Shown: piece after piece, positions 16,330-22,873 of the stretch
Position numbering within the stretch: the stretch's first letter is position 1
Layout: each line of letters begins with the position of its first letter
Source: a virus
Lineage: Duplodnaviria > Caudoviricetes
DNA length: 64,000 nucleotides
Strand: one strand, 5' to 3'
IMG/VR virus record: IMGVR_UViG_2513237143_000002
Coordinates: 2,755-66,754 of that record
Translations under genes and position numbers: made by a program
Notes under the pieces: model-generated
Told to the model about the DNA's origin: nothing
The model's database searches: none
The model's input: the letters and a program-made list of their open reading frames with translations, nothing else

Positions 16330-16944
16330 GTGAAATCCCAACTTGCGGTGAAATCAACCCGAGGTACGATTGTGAATAGGTTCGCGTTAGGTAAGGCGCA
16401 AAGACGCATTGAGAGAGCGACCGTCCGGTATAACAAGCTGGTCAGCGCGTCGGATCATCCCGAGATAGTCGACTTGTGGGACGAGTTTCTTCATGACCTG
16501 CAAGCTATTTTCAATGCTGTCGGAAACGCCGCAGGAACAAACGGGAAAAGCCAAGCTTGGTTTGCGCGCAAGAAACAGGAGCGGAAGAACGACGAACTGC
16601 TCCAGTATCTGCATCAGGCTCGCCATGCCGCCGAACACGGCATCGCTCCCATCGCTTCTCGCATGCCAGGGCTCATGACAATTAAAACCCCGGACGGCGT
16701 CCCGCTGTTTGTAATTCCCGAACTAATCCTGGATCCTGACTTCGAGAAGAACACTAATCTCAAGGTCGCGCACGCTTTGCCGCAAGTTGTGTTAACTGTT
16801 GTCCAAAATAAAGGGGTTCTCTATAAACCTCCCACTGTGCATCTGGGTGTATCGCTCGCCGATAGATCGATCGCAAATGTGGCTTGGTTGGGCCTCTCGT
16901 ATCACGCACGAATGGTAGCCGAAGCGGAAACCATGGTGACTTAA
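16330..16944 (+). CDS. Moron, HEPN-like candidate
   Basis: Opposite strand to the lysis genes; helical N-terminal half with LQYLHQARHAAEHG (R-x4-H). Start uncertain. Confidence 0.5.
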   Translation: MKSQLAVKSTRGTIVNRFALGKAQRRIERATVRYNKLVSASDHPEIVDLWDEFLHDLQAIFNAVGNAAGTNGKSQAWFARKKQERKNDELLQYLHQARHAAEHGIAPIASRMPGLMTIKTPDGVPLFVIPELILDPDFEKNTNLKVAHALPQVVLTVVQNKGVLYKPPTVHLGVSLADRSIANVAWLGLSYHARMVAEAETMVT

Positions 16945-17220
16945 TCGGCACGCCGCCTGCGCCATCTGGACAGATTTAGACGCATACCCTCGGGAAGTGT
17001 TTCCCGAGCCATATGTCACCTTACTGTTTGAGAGGAAGTGTCTGCCCCATGGGCAAAGAAAGCCCCGCTCAGTGGAGGGGCTGGTGGTCTGCAGTCTGCG
17101 CGTGAGCTCTTTCTTTTCATCCAAGCTAGGGTGCTTGGCATCTTCTCAGCCGATCAATCGAGTTCCGACAAGTCGGCGAATCATGGCAAAAGCTAAGAAT
17201 TTCGAATGCGCGGGGCGAGC

Positions 17221-18109
17221 GATGACCAAGTTGAGTCGGAGCGAAACAATAGCTATTTTCGGGCTTGGGTTGGCCCTAGTGTCGATTGTGCTTGTAGCTT
17301 GGGCTCCGCCTCCAGCTCGCTTGGAAGACAACGTTTCCGCATTCTGGGAAGACACCGCGCCCCAATGGCTTATGGCAATATTCTCCGTCCTCAGCACACT
17401 GATCAGTGCACTGGCGGTCCTGATGGTATCAGACACTCTCAGGGAAACTCGAAAAACAACCGGCTTCGCAGAGCAAAGCGCCGGTGCTGCTATTCAAGCA
17501 TCAAAGGAAGCGCAGGAAAGCAACAGAATTGCAGATCGTGCTTCCGTCTTGGAAAATAGACCGTGGGTCGAGATCCGCGATTTCAGTATCGACAATGTCA
17601 ATATTCTCAACGATCTTCACCCGCACATCATGTCCCGAAATGGGCTAGCTATAAGCGGCAGGTATGTTTTAAGAAATCTCGGAAAGACGCCGGCGATCAA
17701 CGTCCATTCAATGCAGGTTTACGCTTTACGCGAGGATATACATTCGATGGGAGGCCGAATTGAGCGCGGACTCGAACGGCTCGACAGGAAAGAGCCAATG
17801 CATTCACTCGGCATTCTTGGGCCAGGAAGCGAGGATGCAGTGCGTTTTAGCTGGGTTGTCCCGGTCAATGAGCCACCAAGAATGGGAGCCGGATATCTAA
17901 AGCATGATTTACAAATCGCGATAGCTCCACTCGTTTCGTATGGGTCTAATCTTCAGGATGGAGCATTTCATACAGCTCAGGCATTTGCGCTTCATCTTGA
18001 TGCGGGACCCGGCATGCATCGTTTTGCTCCGGATTTTGAGGATATCAAAGCCAACGGCATGCCTAAGAATTTAGTCGCTGTCCGATTGCCCACTTCGCTG
18101 ATGGGTTGA
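17221..18109 (+). CDS. Moron, membrane-anchored hypothetical protein (two TM segments)
   Basis: Hydrophobic helices IAIFGLGLALVSIVLVAW and WLMAIFSVLSTLISALAVLMV; AT-richer; start uncertain (ORF open from 16997). Confidence 0.6.
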
Positions 18110-18130
18110 AACTAGGCGAACAATAGATTG

Positions 18131-18238
18131 GAAGCCCGTTTTTCGGGCTCCCTCTCAAAGCGGCGTAGCCTTTCCAAGCGTTGCCCGACCACAACAAGCC
18201 TCTCCTAGCCCTGCCTGCCATGAAGCCCCGTTCGGGGC
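18131..18238 (-). ncRNA. Putative guide-like RNA: hairpin, 11 GGY-NN pentamers, terminator hairpin
   Basis: Minus strand 18215 to 18161 reads GGCAG GGCTA GGAGA GGCTT GTTGT GGTCG GGCAA CGCTT GGAAA GGCTA CGCCG. Hairpins at 18225-18238 and 18133-18149. Confidence 0.75.
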
Positions 18239-18277
18239 GCGAGGTTGTATGGAACTCTCGCCGTAACCCTGCACCCG

Positions 18278-18784
18278 TTATTTCTTGCCAATCTTCGGGA
18301 GTTCGCGTCCGATCTCATCTATCACGCCAATGAGTCCACTAAACTCCTTCAAATCGGCGTACCGCTTTCGCCACGCCTGAAGTTCAGCCCATGCACGCTT
18401 TAAGACTAGATCGCGAGTTGCCGCTCGTGAAAGGGCGTGCGTCGTCTCGCGGTAGTGAGGCGCTCCGGCCTCCGCGACGTGCACATAGGCTTTCTGCCGA
18501 ACAGCCGGCTTATCGTCCGAAACATAGATCGCCACGACTGCTCGGATCAGCCCACGCGCCTGCTGTAGTCGATATTGCCGAGCCGCTTCAGTGTCGCTCC
18601 ACTCGAAGAAGGAATGAAGTGGGCTGTTGTTGTTCTTTGCGTCGTCGAGCACGTCCTCGGGCGTTAGTTCACCCTTGAACTTCTTGCGGAGCATCTCGAT
18701 GTGCTCGCCTACTAGTTTTGGATCCTTATTGGCTCCAGGCTGGAAACGGGCACCTTCTGCGAACTCGAAGCCAGCGATCTTCAT
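18278..18784 (-). CDS. Conserved-looking phage protein, partner of the Cas7-like gene
   Basis: ATGA overlap with the Cas7-like gene; motif LTPEDVLDDAK..SPLHSFFEWSD.EAARQYRLQQARGLI. Confidence 0.85.
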   Translation of the reverse strand: MKIAGFEFAEGARFQPGANKDPKLVGEHIEMLRKKFKGELTPEDVLDDAKNNNSPLHSFFEWSDTEAARQYRLQQARGLIRAVVAIYVSDDKPAVRQKAYVHVAEAGAPHYRETTHALSRAATRDLVLKRAWAELQAWRKRYADLKEFSGLIGVIDEIGRELPKIGKK

Positions 18785-19446
18785 TGGGCGGCCTCCAGCT
18801 TGAACATGTCAGCTTCGGTGGCGACATGGAACATGCCGGACATGCCGTCTTTCTCAGGTCTCCACTCACCAACACCGACCGCGAAACCAGCAACGTTGAT
18901 GATGTTCAGGATTTGGCTCTCACTTAGAACGTTGGCATTGTAGCGGACGAGCAGCTTGGCGTGCCAGTCGGCGAATTCGCCGCGGTATCTGAGATCGGCC
19001 GTTCCCATCCCAACGCGCACCATGTCTTCGCGCATCGACGGTTCAGCGCCAGCAATCCTAACGAGGTTGTGCCGTGCCCTGGTGCCGTCGAAGGCACCTT
19101 TAGCATCGACATCCTCTCCCAGAATATGAAACGCCTGTCGTGCTGCGACCTTTGTTATGCCCGCTACCGAGGTGCAGGCCGTTACAGCAGCGGCTTTGAA
19201 TCCTATCGAAGGAAACCCATAGCCGCCGTCGCCGAGCCGGTAAAGCGAGCTTTCGAAGTCCGCTTTCGGGTCCTTAGCCTCTTTTGCCTGCTTCGCGGCT
19301 TTCATCTGCTTGCCCAGCATTTCCTTCTTGGCCTTCTCCGACCAAGCGTGGACGATGAGCGGGCTGTCACCGACCACCGTCACCTCCATCAGCCGGATAT
19401 CCAATCTCGGCAGTTCGATTCCGACTTCTTCTCTTTTGGCTGCCAT
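18781..19446 (-). CDS. Cas7/RAMP-like protein (Vipr-like), stand-alone
   Basis: RAMP-like first strand VTVVGDSPLIVH, FPSIGFKAA helix and C-terminal Gly-rich loop AGFAVGVGEWRPEKDGMSGMF. Confidence 0.75.
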   Translation of the reverse strand: MAAKREEVGIELPRLDIRLMEVTVVGDSPLIVHAWSEKAKKEMLGKQMKAAKQAKEAKDPKADFESSLYRLGDGGYGFPSIGFKAAAVTACTSVAGITKVAARQAFHILGEDVDAKGAFDGTRARHNLVRIAGAEPSMREDMVRVGMGTADLRYRGEFADWHAKLLVRYNANVLSESQILNIINVAGFAVGVGEWRPEKDGMSGMFHVATEADMFKLEAAQ

Positions 19447-19457
19447 TTCCCCGCCCC

Positions 19458-20252
19458 TCAAAGCGCTTCTTGCAGCGCTGGCTTAATGAGCAGCGCCAAC
19501 TTAGTGAGCCCCTTTGCGGTGACGCGAACTTGTTCCGTGACCTTTTCAGAGCCATCAGCGCGGAGCACCGTCGTCACCTTGTGTTCTAGAAACCCGGATT
19601 GCGTCTTGGACGAATAACCAAGATCGTGAGATGCCCCTACCCGCTTGTAAATCCAGCCGTTCCGTCGGAGCCAATCGAAAAGGTCGCTCGGGCGCATCTG
19701 GAGCGCCTTTGCGGCGTCGGTGATGCAAAGGCTTCCATCCGCTGCGGAAATGCGCTGCAAGGCCTCCTGCGAGGGCAGAAGTTCCTGCACCTGCTTTTCT
19801 AACTGGAGCGCCTTCTCGCTGTATGTGAGAAGAAGCCCGCGAAGTGCGCCTGGGTCGTTTAGATCGATGGTCGGTCCGCTGTTGGCAATGCGGCGAAGCT
19901 CGGCTTCCATCGCGTTGAAGGCTTCGATATAGCGGAGTTTCCATTTCAGAGCCTTGCCGCCAGTGAAGCCCATGGCGAGAAGCGTAAAGCCGTCTCGGTC
20001 CATGTTGAAGGATCTGGATTGGATAGAGGCTCCGCCGCTCGGGTTGGGACGCTCACTGACCGTCTGCGCAAAATTGCGCACACGCATTTCCGGCGCTTGT
20101 TGCAGCAGGTTGTCGATCGCGCGGAGCACGTCACGATGCTCCTTGCCGAAGAACTCCGCAACGTCGCGACTGTTCGCGAAGACCTCTCCATTTTTCGTGA
20201 AGACGACGGGATTGCGCTCGGCATGCATCGGTGTCATCTGTGCATTCGTCAT
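19458..20252 (-). CDS. Rha family regulator fused to an ANT/KilAC antirepressor domain
   Basis: SRDVAEFFGKEHRDVLRAI and DGFTLLAMGFTG.KALKWKLRYI.AFN (Rha); GSLCITDAAKAL and VTAKGL (ANT). Confidence 0.9.
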   Translation of the reverse strand: MTNAQMTPMHAERNPVVFTKNGEVFANSRDVAEFFGKEHRDVLRAIDNLLQQAPEMRVRNFAQTVSERPNPSGGASIQSRSFNMDRDGFTLLAMGFTGGKALKWKLRYIEAFNAMEAELRRIANSGPTIDLNDPGALRGLLLTYSEKALQLEKQVQELLPSQEALQRISAADGSLCITDAAKALQMRPSDLFDWLRRNGWIYKRVGASHDLGYSSKTQSGFLEHKVTTVLRADGSEKVTEQVRVTAKGLTKLALLIKPALQEAL

Positions 20253-20404
20253 TGCCTATGTCCTTTCCGGGGTTAGGCAGTGGAACTAGCCATCGCGCTA
20301 ACGATGGCCGGGGAGCGTGACAGCGGGGCCGGTTACGAGGCCAAAACCCCGCCGTCACGGATTAGGCGAAATGATCCGCCCAAACAGTTGTCTTGAAAAA
20401 TCGC

Positions 20405-20839
20405 TTAAAGGGCGTGCGCATTGAAATAGTAGAAGGGCGCCTGCTCAGCCATGCCGTCGAGGTCGGCAATACCGTCCTCAGCTTGGTCCCATTCTCGTTC
20501 ATCGTCGCCTTCGCGGTCGTCTCCCGGCTCCCTGACGCAGCAGCCATAGGCATGCCGCGTCCATCCGAGTTCCGGCTCAAAGTCTGCGTCGCCGTCGTAA
20601 CTGTCGAGCAGCGCAATCATACGGTCGATATGGAGCCCGATTGACTCTCGCGTCCTTAAGCTATCGATGTCGAAACCAGCGCCGTCCCTCAAAATCGGCT
20701 GCCGAGGTTCATCAAACTGGACGAACTCTCCGTCATCACGCTCAGCACGTTTGAAGGCGGCGGCCACAAATGGATCCGAAATCAAGGAAGAAAGCGGGAT
20801 TGCCAATGAAGGCATAGATTTGCTATTATGCGGGCGCAT
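20405..20839 (-). CDS. Hypothetical acidic protein
   Basis: In the same leftward operon; DGDADFEPELG motif. Confidence 0.7.
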   Translation of the reverse strand: MRPHNSKSMPSLAIPLSSLISDPFVAAAFKRAERDDGEFVQFDEPRQPILRDGAGFDIDSLRTRESIGLHIDRMIALLDSYDGDADFEPELGWTRHAYGCCVREPGDDREGDDEREWDQAEDGIADLDGMAEQAPFYYFNAHAL

Positions 20840-20875
20840 GTTGAAACTCCTCGTTGAGTTTTAATGAGTGTTTGG

Positions 20876-20915
20876 AAAGAGCGGGACGGTTTACTAGGCC
20901 GTGGTCCCGCTCTTT
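20876..20915. terminator. Inverted repeat overlapping the arc stop codon (terminator/attenuator candidate)
   Basis: AAAGAGCGGGAC 20876-20887 pairs with GTCCCGCTCTTT 20904-20915. Confidence 0.55.
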
Positions 20916-21064
20916 TCGTTTTGCTCGCTGGTAACTGCTGCTTCCAGCATCAAGATCAGCTGATTATTCAGTGACCTTCGGCTCCTGGCCGCAAGCACCT
21001 TCAATTCCACCAAGAGGTCCACCGGTACGCGCAGCGTGAACCTGCTCAACTCTCCTTTTTCCAT
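20894..21064 (-). CDS. Arc-family ribbon-helix-helix repressor (56 aa), not in the ORF track
   Basis: Manual translation MEKGELSRFTLRVPVDLLVELKVLAARSRRSLNNQLILMLEAAV... Confidence 0.85.
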   Translation of the reverse strand: MEKGELSRFTLRVPVDLLVELKVLAARSRRSLNNQLILMLEAAVTSEQNEKSGTTA

Positions 21065-21082
21065 TGCCAACCTTCTTCGTAG

Positions 21083-21155
21083 GTGTCACCGTGACACATC
21101 ACCTGTATGTCACGGTGACTTCATTGCGTCAACTAGAAAAATGCGTCACGGTGAC
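21083..21155. promoter_or_regulatory. Three palindromic GTCAC(C/G)GTGAC operators between divergent Arc-family genes
   Basis: Copies at 21085-21095, 21109-21119 and 21145-21155. Confidence 0.85.
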
Positions 21156-21189
21156 ATCATGACGAATTCCAAAATGAACTGAGTTCCCC

Positions 21190-21504
21190 ATGACCTCCAC
21201 CACTGGCCGCGACAGTGACAAGTTTATGCTCCGCCTCCCCGAAGGAATGCGGGAAAGACTGAAAGACTTGGCAAAAGAGAACAATCGGAGCCTCAACGCT
21301 CAGATCGTTTACATGCTGCAGTTTGCGATCGAGGAAACCGAGATTGCCGCTGGCGCGTACGGATCCGAGAAGCCATCCAAGAAGGCGTTTCTTCGCAACG
21401 AGGTAAGAAAGGCCAAGAGCATTCTTGAGCACATTCTGTCCGATTACGAAAAAGAGCTTTTGGATGACGGAGGCGGCGAAGACGCAGATCGAAAGAAGAG
21501 GTGA
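21190..21504 (+). CDS. Arc/Mnt-family DNA-binding protein
   Basis: DKFMLRLPEGMRERLKDLAKENNRSLNAQIV motif. Confidence 0.9.
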   Translation: MTSTTGRDSDKFMLRLPEGMRERLKDLAKENNRSLNAQIVYMLQFAIEETEIAAGAYGSEKPSKKAFLRNEVRKAKSILEHILSDYEKELLDDGGGEDADRKKR

Positions 21505-21508
21505 GCCG

Positions 21509-21910
21509 ATGAGGGATAGCACCGCCGTATCATTGGAGCGCATCGAGAAGATGCTGCTCATTTGTGCCGAACTCGTCGACCGGCGCGGCCCGATCGCACA
21601 ACCGCTGCTCGACCGTATGGAGCGCGAGTATCTGGCAGCGAAGACGCGCGGAAGCGAGTTGGAGCGCGTCCGGCGTCTGATCGCTGAGGCAACGGACCGT
21701 GACCAACCTCAAAGCAATCTAGGAGAACTAACCGTGGATACCGGCAGAGAGCTAACCTTCGTCGAGAAGTACAACGAGGTTTTGCGTCAGATGACCGAAG
21801 GAGAGATCGGCCAGTTGGAGGGGACCCAACTCCTTGTCAATTTGCTCGACCAACACCAAATGGATGAGCCGATCGAGCCAGAATACGAAGTGGAGGAGCC
21901 GGCACTGTAG
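21509..21910 (+). CDS. Hypothetical protein
   Basis: GAGG RBS before ATG 21509. Confidence 0.6.
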   Translation: MRDSTAVSLERIEKMLLICAELVDRRGPIAQPLLDRMEREYLAAKTRGSELERVRRLIAEATDRDQPQSNLGELTVDTGRELTFVEKYNEVLRQMTEGEIGQLEGTQLLVNLLDQHQMDEPIEPEYEVEEPAL

Positions 21911-22120
21911 CGCCGGCTCAGATAGGCGAACACTTGGGAGGTAACGAGATTTGGGCCAAAGTGAGCGTCGCCGATCTCACAACCCATCCGACCCCTTGAG
22001 TTTGACTTTCACCTGGGTGTTGCCGACCGGATGTATTCGCTGCCTCCGATTGACATGAGTGTGCCACCGATTTCAAATTGAGGCGCCCAAACGCTGGTGT
22101 TTGGGAGCCTATTGTGGCGA

Positions 22121-22861
22121 TTAAACCGCAATCCCCTTAGACAGCAGATATTTCTGAGCCCAGGCATACACAGCAGCGATCTCGGTGTCATCCAGCGCGC
22201 GATTATAGAGCGCGCAGAACGCCGCGTCCGATTTCCCCTTCCATGTGGTGTCGATCATCGATCCGATCCGGATCTTGCCAGCGCCTGGATTGCGGTTACC
22301 CGTCAGCGCCACGTGGCTGGAGGCGACACCGGTGGTCAGGTTCCGGATTGATGCCACTCCCGGCGTGACCCGACCAGCGATGCACTGCCATGCGCCGACG
22401 GTGTAGGACGACACCGGAACCAGCTGATTGACCGAAGCTGTGCCGTTCCATTGGCTGAAGTAAAGCCGCTGCTGACCCGAAGTGTTCGGGTACAGTTGAA
22501 TGCCGCCCGTTCCTCCAAGAGCACCAACGCTGCTGCGGGAGGACAAGAAAACAGGCGTAAGATCGTCCGTCGATGAATCGCCGATACCCCGGCCGGCGTA
22601 GATCAACGTCATTTCCGACGTCTCAACAACAGGGGTTTCCATGTAGGCGACGCCGTTGCCTTCGAAGGAGGCGTACCCGGCATTGATGATCGGGCTGCCC
22701 ACCAACACACCATCCTTCATTCCCGGCGCCCAGTTCTTCACTGCTTTACCGGCGCTGCCATTCGGCAGGAAGAAGCCTTGGCACCCCTCGGAAACCGGCA
22801 GCACGAGGCCGAGGCCGAGCGCTTCGTAATCCGCGCCCGGCGGAGTGATCTTGATACCCAT
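22121..22861 (-). CDS. Tail-associated protein with a LamG/concanavalin-like domain
   Basis: WQCIAG...AAFCALYNRALDDTEI pattern; follows the tail spike. Confidence 0.65.
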   Translation of the reverse strand: MGIKITPPGADYEALGLGLVLPVSEGCQGFFLPNGSAGKAVKNWAPGMKDGVLVGSPIINAGYASFEGNGVAYMETPVVETSEMTLIYAGRGIGDSSTDDLTPVFLSSRSSVGALGGTGGIQLYPNTSGQQRLYFSQWNGTASVNQLVPVSSYTVGAWQCIAGRVTPGVASIRNLTTGVASSHVALTGNRNPGAGKIRIGSMIDTTWKGKSDAAFCALYNRALDDTEIAAVYAWAQKYLLSKGIAV

Positions 22862-22873
22862 GTCGAATGATCC

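Noticed and set aside
15062-16333. 423-aa plus-strand ORF
   Set aside because: Antisense shadow of the endolysin in GC-rich DNA; no motifs.
18131-18238. CRISPR array, Racr-type solitary repeat, or simple microsatellite
   Set aside because: No 25-40-nt repeats or spacers. The variation is position-specific (fixed trinucleotide, free dinucleotide), unlike slippage repeats, and the 5-nt period excludes codon structure.
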